Assembly (NCBI GenBank): GCA_964016885.1
Contig: OZ024743.1
Span: 78,058,001 to 78,122,000, forward strand
DNA: 64,000 nucleotides
Direction: 5' to 3'
DNA from: Eledone cirrhosa
Lineage: Eukaryota
The notes under the pieces are model-generated. The model made no database searches and was not told where the DNA came from. It worked only from the letters and a program-made list of their open reading frames with translations. A program made the position numbers and the translations under genes. Shown here in pieces: positions 36,418-48,326 of the stretch (position 1 is the first letter of the stretch; every line of letters begins with the position of its first letter).

Positions 36418-39400
36418 TTACAGATATATACTCAGAGTCGGCCCATTCACTCGGGCCATTCTTGCTTCTCTCACCCATCTTTCAACAAAATGCTGGGAAG
36501 AGAGCACTTCCTTCTCTACTCTGATTTTCCTTTTCAAATGAAATTTGAAAAAGTCAATCAGAGCATCACCGAAGAGGTAAGTGCTCGTCTTCAGCCCTTT
36601 CAAACGTGTCCACCATACTATCTCTTTCGCCATGGCCACCAGACAGATAAAAACTGCCTGCCCTTCCCGGCTAAAGGAGGAGGGCGGGGCAATCCTCACG
36701 ATAGACTCAGATGATAGCTGGATCCGTCCTAAACGCGACAGCAGGTGTTCGACATAAACCCACAAGTCAGCAATTTTCGGACACTGGACGAGTGCGTGCA
36801 GGACGCTTTCGTCGCCCTGCGCGCATCTCGGACATGCCCGGCTGACGGCACCTCCATGCCTGTAGAGTTTATCCCGAACTGGCAAGGCTCCTCGGTAGCA
36901 CTGCCAGGCCAGAGATTTCTGGAAGTTGTCCATAGGCCCTGGCCCGAAAGTTCTTCCGAAGAGATTGGCTAGTTGATTTTCGTCGACGCCTAGAGTTTCC
37001 CCAAGTACGTCGTCGCTCTTCCCCTCCACTAATCCTCTATAGAACGCCGAGGTGGAGTTTCCACCGATCACATTGCCCGATTGGTCGAGGGCTGTGAGCG
37101 CCTGAAGACATTCCAGTCTCCAGGCGCTCCCTCTCGGTCTTCGCTTGACCCAGGACTGCAGCTCCGTCAAGGAAACGAGCTGGGGAAAAACGCGTCTAGC
37201 AAACGGCGACCACACCTGATCACCGTCGAGGAAGAGGTGGAGATGTCGTAGCCTGAGCGCGTGCCTGCGCATCATCAGCCACGGCATGCCCAGCCCTCCA
37301 CGTAGCGGGTGTTGACAACAGATGGACCGCCTGACCATCGGAGCACGTCCCTTCCACAAAAAGCGAAAGAGCAAACGCTCCAGCGCAGTCAGGCGAGGCT
37401 TAGGACAAGGTACGACGGTTAGGCGGTAGCAGATGACAGACGCGATGTACGCGTTAGCCACCTCCGCTCGACCTTTCAGGGATAGCTTCCTCTCCGCCCA
37501 TTTCTGGGTGAGAGAAGCCACCCTGCTCGTCACCTCGTCCCAGTTTTTGTCCGTCTGGAGGTCCGGACCGAACCAGACCCCTAGCAATTTAACCGGTCCG
37601 TCCGTCCAGCGCCCGACGACGCTGTTGGACGGCATGGACCTGCCTCTCCAGGTGCCGAGCTGCAGGCCCACTGACTTTTCCTGGTTGATCATTGCTCCTG
37701 TCACCGCTTCGTATTCTCTTAGTGTAGTGCCGATCGCCTCGATGTGTTTGGCGTTCGACACCACTACGGTGACATCGTCCGCATATGCTGACACGGATCT
37801 TCCGCATCCTAGTTCGCGCGGGACTCCCCTCAACGTCTCCAGTTTGTGCAGTAATGGCTCGAGAGTCAATACGTACAAGAGGGACGAGAGGGGACATCCT
37901 TGGCGGACCGAGCGCATGATGTTGAACGGTTCCGACAGGTGACCGTTCACTCTCACCACAGAGCAGATGTCGCTGTGCATGGCAGCGATCCAGCCTCTGA
38001 AGACGGGCCCAAAGCCAGCCGCCCTCAGGACTGCCGCTAGGTAACGATGGTCGACCCTATCGAAAGCTTTCGACTGATCTAAATTGATCAAGGACCCACC
38101 CGTGCCAGGTTCCCTAGCTACCCTCTCTACGATGTATCGCATGAGGTGGAGGTTGTCGTGGATGGATCTGTTGGGAATGGCGCATGTCTGCGCCTCTCCC
38201 ACCAGACCACCAACGACAAGCGCCAACCTCTTTGCTAGCACCTTGGCCAAAATCTTAAACTCTGTGTTTAGCAGAGTTATGGGCCGGAAATTGTCTATGT
38301 TATCCCCCTTGTTCGGATCCTTTCTCAGCAGTGCCACCGCTCCTCGGCTAACAGAACTGGGAATTCTCCCGTTCTGTTGCCAGTTGCAGTAGACGTCCGC
38401 CAAGAGGCCTCCGAACAAGTCTGGCATCTGTACGTAAAGTTCATAGGGCAGACCATCCAAACCAGGCGATTTACCCCTTGTGCAGCCAGTCATTGCCTCC
38501 CGTACTTCAGCGGCTGTTATCGGCTTTTCGCAACACTTCGCCTCAGTGGCCGAGAGCCGCGGCAGTCCGTCGAGGTAGACACTAAAGTCCATCCCTCTAC
38601 CCGGCCCCCCGCTGCCCCCGAACAGCTGAGCGAAGTGTCGCTGAAAAGCTTCACACATTTGCCCGGGATCGAGTAGCATGCGCCCGTCGTGGTCCACCAA
38701 AGACCGGATCGTGGCTTTGTTGCCACGACGCGCCTCCGCCACTCGGGCCCATTGAACGGCTTTCGTCCCCTCGTGTCTGAGAGCACGCACCCTAGCTCTG
38801 ACAACGCAGCCTTCGTGCTTTGCATTGAAGAATTGGTCAAGGGCCAATTTCGCCGCAAGCACGTCGGTCGCAATGCCTTTGCTAAGCGCCTCGTCTAATT
38901 TTCTAACTAGTTCTCCCTCTGCTCTATTTTTCTCTATTGCTAAAGCCTTACTAAACCTAATCGATTCTATTCTAATCGCTCTTTTCAGAGCAAACCACCA
39001 CTTGTTGTTGACGATGGCCCCCGTCAACGCCCGCTTAACTAGTTCGCTAATCCGGTCTCTGTAGGCCTTGCGCGCTGGTAAGGACGCGTTTAGCTTCCAG
39101 TAGCCGGGTCCTCGTCTATGAAGCCTATCTAAGTCAAGCACACAGGTCACGAATTTGTGGTCCGTGTAGCTGACTATCTTGAATTGTGGACAGCCTATGC
39201 TAGACCTATCTATTTCCCTACAAAATACTCTATCTAGATATGATCTGGATGACCCTATGCGGTTTGTCCAAGTCCACATTGGCACATTCGGGAAATCCAA
39301 TCGGTACCTGTCAGACAGTTCAAAACGCCTGAGCAGGTTGGTGAGGCTCTTGCACCCTCCACCCCTATCCGCTAATCCCACACAGTCCCAGCGTGCATCT

Positions 39401-39837
39401 AAGATCCCGTTCCAGTCGCCCACTAACACTAAAGAGCGGGACGTTCCAAGAAAGGTCTCCAGACGCCGGAAGAAATCAGGCCGCCCTGCTCCTGTCGGGG
39501 CATAGACGGCCACTAGCCTGAAAGCTTGCCCGTCTCCGCTGGTCACGTCCAGCACCACCAGCTTACCCTCTGGGTCCAGGAAGATGGCCCGTATGGCGAG
39601 ATCCAAACCTCTCCGAAAAAGCACAGCAACTCCTCCACCCGATCCAGGACGGCTGGGAGATGCGTACACATCGTAGCCGCCGAAGATCGGTGCGAAGGCC
39701 CGTGCTTCGGAGATTCTGGTCTCGCTGATGGCCACTACATCTATGTTTAGTGACCTGAGGTCGTTGAGCAGGTGACCCTGCTTCCATGACGACCCCAAGC
39801 CACGCGCATTTATGCTGCCTATTCTGAGTGAGGTCAT
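36418..39837 (-). CDS. Tx1 ORF2: APE endonuclease, reverse transcriptase and CCHC finger, 1139 aa, intact
   Basis: SINARGL, ISETR, VYAP, GDWN, SYLDR, TDHK (APE); KSPGLDGL, FRPITLLN, DQSKAFDRV, QGCPLS, YADD (RT); CPRC..ESVLHALVQC. Confidence 0.97.
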   Translation of the reverse strand: MTSLRIGSINARGLGSSWKQGHLLNDLRSLNIDVVAISETRISEARAFAPIFGGYDVYASPSRPGSGGGVAVLFRRGLDLAIRAIFLDPEGKLVVLDVTSGDGQAFRLVAVYAPTGAGRPDFFRRLETFLGTSRSLVLVGDWNGILDARWDCVGLADRGGGCKSLTNLLRRFELSDRYRLDFPNVPMWTWTNRIGSSRSYLDRVFCREIDRSSIGCPQFKIVSYTDHKFVTCVLDLDRLHRRGPGYWKLNASLPARKAYRDRISELVKRALTGAIVNNKWWFALKRAIRIESIRFSKALAIEKNRAEGELVRKLDEALSKGIATDVLAAKLALDQFFNAKHEGCVVRARVRALRHEGTKAVQWARVAEARRGNKATIRSLVDHDGRMLLDPGQMCEAFQRHFAQLFGGSGGPGRGMDFSVYLDGLPRLSATEAKCCEKPITAAEVREAMTGCTRGKSPGLDGLPYELYVQMPDLFGGLLADVYCNWQQNGRIPSSVSRGAVALLRKDPNKGDNIDNFRPITLLNTEFKILAKVLAKRLALVVGGLVGEAQTCAIPNRSIHDNLHLMRYIVERVAREPGTGGSLINLDQSKAFDRVDHRYLAAVLRAAGFGPVFRGWIAAMHSDICSVVRVNGHLSEPFNIMRSVRQGCPLSSLLYVLTLEPLLHKLETLRGVPRELGCGRSVSAYADDVTVVVSNAKHIEAIGTTLREYEAVTGAMINQEKSVGLQLGTWRGRSMPSNSVVGRWTDGPVKLLGVWFGPDLQTDKNWDEVTSRVASLTQKWAERKLSLKGRAEVANAYIASVICYRLTVVPCPKPRLTALERLLFRFLWKGRAPMVRRSICCQHPLRGGLGMPWLMMRRHALRLRHLHLFLDGDQVWSPFARRVFPQLVSLTELQSWVKRRPRGSAWRLECLQALTALDQSGNVIGGNSTSAFYRGLVEGKSDDVLGETLGVDENQLANLFGRTFGPGPMDNFQKSLAWQCYRGALPVRDKLYRHGGAVSRACPRCAQGDESVLHALVQCPKIADLWVYVEHLLSRLGRIQLSSESIVRIAPPSSFSREGQAVFICLVAMAKEIVWWTRLKGLKTSTYLFGDALIDFFKFHLKRKIRVEKEVLSSQHFVERWVREARMARVNGPTLSIYL

Positions 39838-39871
39838 GTTTAAATAGAGTGGAAAAGATGGGAAAGACCAC

Positions 39872-41963
39872 TTACCGTACTTTTGGTAGAGGAGGGATGG
39901 TTTTTACATCCCTTTTCACTTGATCGTCTGGTGAAGGGACCGTTGAATCGTCCCTTCGGCTGGTCGTCGGCTCTTCTAAGAGAATGTCTGAATATACTCT
40001 TCGATTGATGGTTCCTCCTAGGTCCCTGAAATCACCAACTGCGTTGGGGAATTTCGTTTTAATGTTTGTGTATTGTTTCTGTGCTATTTTTAGCAGTCTT
40101 ATGTTAGTTGGCGTTTTGATTGGTGCTGGTATTATGTAGTCCTGTTGTGAAATGTCTGTGTTCAATTATGTAAGTCATTAGTTTCTTGTTGTGTGTGTTT
40201 ATTGCCGTGCATTTGTTTTTCTGGGGGTGGGGTGTGGTTCTGCTATTTTCTTGTCGTTGTTGCTGGGTGTGTGTGTTTTGTTGTTGTGTTTGCGATGTTG
40301 GTGCTTGTGGTGGTGGTGTTGAAGGTGTTGTTGGCGGTGGGGTTGTCGCCGGTGGTGATGGTGGTGCTGGTGTGGGTGGTGATGGTGTTGGTGGTGTTGC
40401 TGCTGTGGGTCTCTTTGCAGTAGACTTTACCCTTTTCTCATTTCTTTCCTCCCTTTTCAAAGGCGACGATGCGCTGCTTCTGCGTTTGTGCCTTCTTGCG
40501 ACCTTTTGCCATCCCTCTCCCACCTCACACTCCATGTCTGATTCTGTAAGGTCGGGGAGGGGTACCAGCTCCACTCTTTCACTTGTTGTTGTTGGTGATG
40601 TTTGCACTGGAGTCTCTGTTGCAGCTGCATTTGGTATTGCTGTTGTTGTTGTTAATATTTCCACTGCTGCTGCTGTCTTTGATTTCCGTGGAGTGGGTAT
40701 GGGTGCCACGGACCTATCGTTCCTGGTTGCCGCTTGTCCTGTTGCTGGTAGCCGTGGAGCCGGATTCAGAAGGAGGGGGGTTTTCTCCTTTCTCAGGGTC
40801 TTCTCGTTGCAGAAGGCCCTGAGGTGAGTCTTCGATCCACAGCGAAAGCATTTCGGGCGTTTGCCCTCAACACTTATGGGCAGTTGAGTGCCGTTATCGA
40901 AGTCTATCACATCCGGGATAGCTTCGATGCACTCCTGGTTGGTTTGGATTAGCATCTCAATGGAGGAGCCGACCCAATCTTCTCTTACTTTTTTCTGTAC
41001 TTGCAGTACAGTTGTTTTGTCCTCGATTCCGACGAGGACAGACGCGGCCAGCCAAGAAGGGGTCATTCCGGGGGGGACGTGGGTCAGTTTGACCCTCACA
41101 ATTTTTTGCCCGCAGTAGGAGGGCACCAACACCATTTCCTCGCTCCTTAGGGTCACTACTGATTGGGCCTTTGCCTCCTGGGGTGTGGCAAAAAGTACGT
41201 CTACGGTGGCGTATTTTTTGCCTCGGGTGATGTGCGTTTTCCTCTGCCACACAGACCCCAAGGCTTTTTGTATTTGGGCCTCTGTGGCTCTTTCCACCCT
41301 ACGGGATTTTGTACTTACTGTACGGTACGTGACCGTACAGTGCTCTTGGGTTTCGAAAAAATTTTTCGCTGCCTTGCAGATTGCTCGGTGTCCGTTCTTT
41401 GTCACCATCTTCTTCGCTTCCTCTAATTCCTCATTTGTTATGAGGATTGTTTCCAAGTTTTTCGCAATACCTGCAAATGAGATTGGTTTTTCTCTGCTGT
41501 TGTTGTTGTCGTCAGAGCTGCTGGTACTTTTGTTGCTGCAGGTACTACGACTACTGCCTCCGCCGCTGTTGCTGTGGTTGTTGTTGGTGTTGCTGCTGCT
41601 AATGCTGTTGTTGTTTATGCTGCTGGTGATGCTGTTGCGGCTGCTACTGTTGTTTTCATTGTCACTGTTGCTGTTGTTATTACGGCTGCTACTGCTATTA
41701 TTCCTGACGTCAGACGAATGAACTGGGTTTTCGTATTTCCCGCACACCTGTTTCGTCGCTGTCGTCGTCGTCGTGGAGAAACCTTGCACGCTTTGCACGA
41801 GACTTTTCTTTTCTTTCGTCGCTTGCGAAAGAGAAGGGAGGGAGAGAGACACATTTAAAGAAGGGAGGGAGAGAGACAATCTTCTCTCTGCTGTAGTGAT
41901 GATTGAGGAAGAAGAAGACGGAATGAGTGGGAGTGACGTATGAAATTTCTTTTTGGTAGCCAT
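39872..41963 (-). CDS. Tx1 ORF1 (gag-like, CCHC knuckle), one frameshift near 40160
   Basis: CFRCGSKTHLRAFC knuckle. ORF 39872-40165 aligns with the C-terminus of copy-2 ORF1 (KFP..GDFR..R.Y.DIL.EE), so it is the shifted continuation. Confidence 0.88.
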
Positions 41964-42200
41964 GTTTTTTTGTTTAAAATGAAATTTTGGGTACAAAACC
42001 CCAATAACTGGTTATTTAACCCCGAAGGGCCAAATAACGGACAGAAAGACCCCTCTCACGAGGAGGAGGGTGTCTTTATCAACAATTTGGTTCAAGTTTT
42101 AAACAATTTACAATTGTTTTAACGGTTAAAAATTACTATACCTTACAGAGCCGAGCCTCCGTCAACCATGGCATTCAATAATAATAATAATAATAATAAT

Positions 42201-42765
42201 ACAAAAGAATTGGTGGGAGCATCAACCACCTCCCATACTTGAAAAAGATCACATCTCAATCTTGTGGAACTTTAGCATCCAAACAGACCGAAAAATAGAT
42301 GCAAACAGACCTGATATAATATTGAAGGACTTTCAAAAGAGGGTATGCCTGCTAATTGATATGTCTGTTCCAATAGACAAGAATGTATCTATAAAAACAT
42401 TTGAAAAATTGAGCAAGTATAAGGACCTGGAGATAGAAATTGGAAAAATGTGGAAATTGAGAACTAAAACAATACCAGTGGTTGTAGGCGCTCTGGGAAT
42501 GATACCTAAGGGGTCTAATGACTACTTATCGCAAATCCCAGGAAACCCGCGTATAGGAGAAATACAAAAGATAGTACTAATGGGAACTGCCCATATACTA
42601 AGGAAGATTCTGTCAATATAAGTACATCACAAGTCTAAACACTAAAGATGCATGTGTGAATATGTATGTTCTTTCTTGAACATGGCGGACCTTGTTGTCT
42701 CTTGAGGTCACTGGTTGTGACTTGGTGATAACTCGTATGAACATAAAGCAAGATAAATGCAACTG
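42201..42765 (+). mobile_element. 3' fragment of a Dong/R4-clade LINE (restriction-like endonuclease)
   Basis: WWEHQP..ILWNFSIQTDRKIDANRPDIIL..LIDMSVP..EKLSKYKDLEIEI.KMW..IPVVVGALG (PD..D RLE), with (TAA)n on both sides. Confidence 0.88.
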
Positions 42766-42784
42766 TAATAATAATAATAATAAT

Positions 42785-45700
42785 GCTTTCTTTATTAACC
42801 CCAAGGGTTTACACAAAGTAGACATTAAGAACAGTACAGGACAATACAGGACGGTACAAAAGGGCATTTCTGCGTGTAAAAACACAAAAAAACAGAGGAT
42901 GTAATAATAGAACAATGAAAAAATTCCCCAATAGGGGGCAGACTTCCGAGGGATATTCGTGGAGAAAGCCCATTAAAAAGCCACAGTGATCCTGACCACC
43001 AGGGCAAGTGCCCTCTCCCAGTTTTCCACCTTTAATTTACAGACACATACTCAGAGTAGGACCGTTCGCTCGGGCCATTCTTGCCTCTCTCACCCATCTT
43101 TCAACAAAAAGCTGGGAAGAGAGCACTTCCCTCTCTACCCTGATTTTCCTTTTCAAATTAAATTTGAAAAAGTTAATCAGGGCATCACCGAAGAGGTAAG
43201 TGCTCGTCTTCAGCCCTTTCAAACGTGTCCACCATACTATCTCTTTCGCCATGGCCACCAGACAGATAAAAACTGCCTGCCCTTCTCGGCTAAAGGAAGA
43301 GGGCGGGGCAATCCTCACGATGGACTCAGCTGATAGCTGGATCCGTTCTACACGCGACGGCAGGTGTTCGACATAAACCCACAAGTCAGCAATGCTCGGA
43401 CACTGGACGAGTGCGTGCAGGACGTTTTCGTCGCCCTGCACGCATCTCGGACATGCCCGGCTGACTCCATGCCTGTAGAGTTTATCCCGAACTGGCAAAG
43501 CTCCTCGGTAGCACTGCCAGCCCAGGGATTTCTGGAAGTTGTCCATAGGCCCCGGCCCGAAAGTTATTCTGAAGAGATTGGCTAGTTGATTTTCGTCGAC
43601 GCCTAGAGTTTCCCCAAGTACGTCATCGCTCTTCCCCCCCACTAATCCTCTATAGAACGTCAGGGTGGAGTTTCCACCGATCACATTGCCCGATTGGTCG
43701 AGGGCTGTGAGCGCCTGAAGACATTCCAGTCTCGAAGCGCTCCCTCTCGGTCTTCGCTTGACCCAGGACTGCAGCTCCGTCAAAGAGACGAGCTGGGGAA
43801 AGACATGTGTAGCAAACGGCGACCACACCTGATCACCGTCGAGGAAGAGGTGGAGATGTCGTAGCCTGAGCGCGTGTCTGCGCATCATCAGCCACGACAT
43901 GCCCAGCCCTCCACGTAGCGGGTGTTGATAGCAGATGGACTGCCTGACCATCGGAGCGCGTCCCTTCCACAAAAAGCGAAAGAGCAAACGCTCCAGTGCT
44001 GTCAGGCGGGGCTTAGAACAAGGTCGACGGTCAGGCGGTAGTATATGACGGGCGCGATGTACGCGTTAGCCACCTCCGCTCGACCTTTCAGGGATAGCTT
44101 CCTCTCAGCCCATTTCTGTGTGAGAGAAGCCACCCTGCTCGTCACCTCGTCCCAGTTTTTGTCCGTCTGGAGATCCAGACCGAATCAGACCCCTAGCAAT
44201 TTAACCGGTCCGTCCGTCCAGCGCCCGACGACGCTGTTGGACGGCATGGACCTGCCTCTCCAGGTGCCGAGCTGCAGGCCCACTGACTTTTCCTGCTTGA
44301 TCATTGCTCCTGTCACCGCTTCGTATTCTCTTAGTGTAATGCCGATCGCCTCGATGTGTTTGGCGTTCGACACCACTACGGTGACATCGTCCGCATATGC
44401 TGACACGGATCTTCCGCATCCTAGTTCGCGCGGGACTCCCTCAACATCTCCAGTTTGTGCAGTAATGGCTCGAGAGTCAATACGTACAAGTGGGACGAGA
44501 GGGGACATCCTTGGCGGACCGAGCGCATGATGTTGAACGGTTCCGAAAGGTGACCGTTCACTCTCACCACAGAGCAGATGTTGCTGTGCATGGCAGCGAT
44601 CCAGCCTCTGAAGACGGGCCCAAAGCCAGCCGCCCTCAGGACTGCCGCCAGGTAACGATGGTCGACCCTATCGAAAGCTTTCGACTGATATAAATTGATC
44701 ATGGACCCACCCGTGCCAGGTTCTCTAGCTACCCTCTCTACGATGTATCGCATGAGGTGGAGGTTGTCGTGGATGGATCTGTCGGGAATGGCGCATGTCT
44801 GCGCCTCTCCCACCAGACCACCAACGACAAGCGCAAACCTCTTTGCTAGCACCTTGGCCAAAATTTTGAACTCTGTGTTTAGCAGAGTTATGGGCCTAAA
44901 ATTATCTGTTATCCCCCTTGTTCGGATCCTTTCTCAGCAGCGCCACAGCTCCTCGGATCACAGAGCTGTGAATTCTCCCGTTCTGTTGCCAGTTGTAGTA
45001 GACGTCCGCCAAGAGGCCTCCGAAACAGGTCTGGCATCTGTACGTAAAGTTCATAGAGCAGACCATCCAAATCAGGCGATTTACCCATTGTGCAGCCAGT
45101 CATTGCCTCCCGGACTTCAGCGGCTGTTATCGGCTTTTCGCAACATTCCGCCTTAGTGACCGAGAGCCGCGGCAGTCCATCGAGGGAGACACTAAAGTCC
45201 ATCCCTCGATCCGGCCCGCCGCTGCCCCCGAACAGCTGTGCGAATTGTCGCTGAAAACCTTCACACATTTGCCCGGGATCGAGTAGCATGCGCCCGTCAT
45301 GGTCCACCAAAGGCCGGATCGTGGCTTTGTTGCCACGACGCGCCTCCGCCACCCGGGCCCATTGAACGGCTTTCGTCCCCTCGTGTCTGAGAGCACGCAC
45401 CCTAGCTCTGACAACGCAGCCTTCGTGCTTTGCATTGAAGAATTGGTCAAGGGCCAATTTCGCCGCAAGTACGTCGGTCGCGATGCCTTTGCTAAGCGTC
45501 TCGTCTAATTTTCGAACTAGTTCTCCCTCTGCTCTATTTTTCTCTATTGCTAAAGCCTTACTAAACCTTATGGACTCTATTCTAATCGCTCTTTTCAGAA
45601 CAAACCACCACTTGTTGTTGACGATAGCCCCGTCAACGCCCGCTTAAATAGTTCGCTAATCCGGTCTCTGTAGGCCTTGCGCGCTGGTAAGGACGCGTTT

Positions 45701-48293
45701 AGCTTCCAGTAGCCGGGTCCTCGTCTATGAAGCCTATCTAAGTCAAGCACACAGATCACGAATTTGTGGTCCGTGTAGCTGACTATCTTGAATTGTGGAC
45801 AGCCTATGCTAGACCTATCTATTTCCCTACAATATACTCTATGTAGATATGATCTGGATGACCCTGTGCGATTTGTCGATGGCCCGTATGGCGAGAAAGA
45901 TGGCCCATATGGCGAGATCCAAACCTCTCCGAAAAAGCACAGCAACTCCTCCCCTCGATCCAGGATGGCTGGGAGATGCGAACACATCGTAGCCACCGAA
46001 GATCGGTGCGAAGGCCCGTGCTTCGGAGATTCTGGTCTCGCTGATGGCCACTACATCTATGTTTAGTGACCTGAGGTCGTTGAGCAGGTGGCCCTGCTTC
46101 CATGACGACCCCAAGCCACGCGCATTTATGCTGCCTATTCTGAGTGAGGTCATGTTGAAATGGAGTGGAAAAGATGGGAAAGACCACTTACTTTACTTCT
46201 CGTAGAGGAAGGATGGTTTGTCCATCCTTTTCACTGCTTGTGGCCTCCTCCGGAAGGATGTCCTTATAAATCCTGCTGGAGAATGCTTGTCGGAAATCTC
46301 CGATGTCTTTGGGGAATTTTTGTTTTAGTGTGGTGTACGTTTTCTGTGTGATGCGAGTGATTTGTATGTGTGGAGGTGGTGTGAACTTTTGGGTTGTTGT
46401 GTAGTCTTCTTCTGTGACGCTGGTGTTGTGTTGGATGTAGTGTAATAATTGGTTGTTGTTCAAATTTAATGCTGTGTAGTGTGTATCGTTTTGGTTGTTT
46501 TGTTTTGTTTGCGTTTGTTGTGGGTTTGTTTCTGTTTCGCTTTTTGGTGACTTTTGTGGTGTTGGTGATGGTGGTGTTGTGGTTAATGATGGTGATGGTG
46601 TTGGTGTTTGATGTGATGGGGTTGGTGATACTGGTGTGGATGGTGGCATATCTGTCCTAACTTTTTTGTTTGATAGTTTATTTGTTTCCCTCTGTATTTT
46701 GTTTTTGGAGGGCGAAGGAAGAGGATTTTTTCTTTTTTGGTTTCTTTTTCTTTTTTTCTTTTTTCCTGATACCGTTTCCCACTCCTCGTCGTCACAATCT
46801 GTCTCCAGTTGCGATAGGTCGGGGAGTGGAAAATCCTCCACAGGCGTTGGTTTTGGTTGTGGTGCGGTGGATAGTGTAGGCGCTGGTGCTAGTTCTGGCC
46901 CGTTGGGTGGTGGTGGTGTTGGTTTTGCTACTGTTGCTGGGGTTGTTGCTGTTACAGTTGCTTCTGTTGTTGCTGCTACAGTTGTTGCTGCCATTTCTGC
47001 TGCTGGTGGTGTTGATGGTTGAGTCACTGGGGTGGGTAATAGAGGTGGCCTCAACCTTTTAGCCTGAGGGCAGAAAGCCCTTAGGTGGGTTCCTTCACCA
47101 CAAACGACACAACTAGGCCTTCTGTCCTCGACGATTACGGTGAGGTGGCTGCCGTCAGTGAGGTCTATTACCTCTGAGATCACCTCAATGCATTTTTGGT
47201 CCGCTTGGATCAGGAGCTCCATCCCAGATCCGGACCAGTTCTCCTGCTTTTCTTTCGCTATTTCGATTATCTTGGTGTTGTCTTTGATGCCGGCGAGGGC
47301 GGCAGCCATTAGCCAGGGAATTTCGATGGCCGGTGGAACGTGGGTCACCCTGATCTTCACGAGTCTTTGGCCACAATAGCTTGGGACGAGTGTGAAGTCG
47401 TCACTTCTTAATGGGGCCATAGAGTGTTCTCTGGCCTCCTGTGGTGTTTCAAAGAATATGTCCACGGTTCCATATTTCTTCCCACGTCTGATGTGGGTTT
47501 TTTTTGCCCACACATGTCCCAAAGCTTTTTGGATTTGGGACTCGGATGCCCGTTCCACTCGGCGCGATTTTATGTTAATCGTACGATAAGACACGGTGCA
47601 TAGGCGCCGATGCTCCATTTTATTAGGGGGGGGGACTGACCCTGTACCCATCTTTCTTTACCATTCTTTTGGCTTCTTCTAATTCCGCCTGAGTTACCTG
47701 GAATGCTTCGCACCTTTTTGCTACTCTGGCAAAAGACAGGCTGGTTTTCTTAATTTCATTGTTGCTGTTGTTGTTATCGTTATTTTTGTTATTGTTAATT
47801 TTAGTTTCAGTTGTGGTGGTGGTGGCGTCAGTGGTGTTCGGTGTGGAAGAGTTCATTTTGGGTGGATTCATTTCGATATCACGAGATAATTTACTTTTTT
47901 CTTTTGTTTCTGTTGTTGCTGTGGTGGTGGTGGGAGTGGCGGCTTCAACACCTGCAGTCATTGGTAATGGCGGAAAATGAATGTCTGCCTGAGACAAATT
48001 TAAAATATTGCTACTGCTTATATTTTTAGTGTTGGCAAACGTAGTAATATTTACAATGGTGGTGTCGGTGTGAGGTGTTAGTTTGTGAGGAAGGTGTGAC
48101 ACTGAGTCGTCTATGATTTTTTCAAAGAAAAATATTTTGTTTGATAATTATAAAAGTTTAAATTTTGGGCTCAAGGCCCCAATCTTTTTGAGTGTCCTTT
48201 TCAGATAACAATGTATGTGCACTTATATACAGTTAACAATAAAATTTTCCATAAATGACAATTTTAAACAACTGAAAATAACAAACCTTTGCC
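42785..48293 (-). mobile_element. Near full-length Tx1 LINE (copy 2), ORF2 disrupted
   Basis: ORF2 and 3'UTR are near-identical to copy 1, with frameshifts and a 312-bp deletion; (AAT)n at 42766-84 and 48294-326. Confidence 0.95.
46188..48102 (-). pseudogene. Tx1 copy-2 ORF1, frameshift at the G-run ~47626-34
   Basis: SFARVAK..ELEEAKRMVKKDG, then CTVSYRT..CVVCGEGTHLRAFC; homologous to copy-1 ORF1. Confidence 0.85.
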
Positions 48294-48326
48294 AATAATA
48301 ATAATAATAATAATAATAGTAATAAT

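Larger units (their letters stand above)
36156..42176 (-). mobile_element. Full-length Tx1/L1-clade LINE (copy 1) bounded by (AAT)n
   Basis: ORF1, a short spacer, intact ORF2 and a 3'UTR with AATAAA; (AAT)n at 36106-55 and 42177-200. Confidence 0.95.

Noticed and set aside
40104-40170. Programmed ribosomal frameshift in Tx1 ORF1
   Set aside because: Copy 2 is in frame at the same position and there is no slippery heptamer; more likely a mutation or sequencing error.
36745-47980. Many + strand ORFs overlapping the Tx1 elements
   Set aside because: Antisense shadows of GC-rich coding sequence with no recognisable domains.
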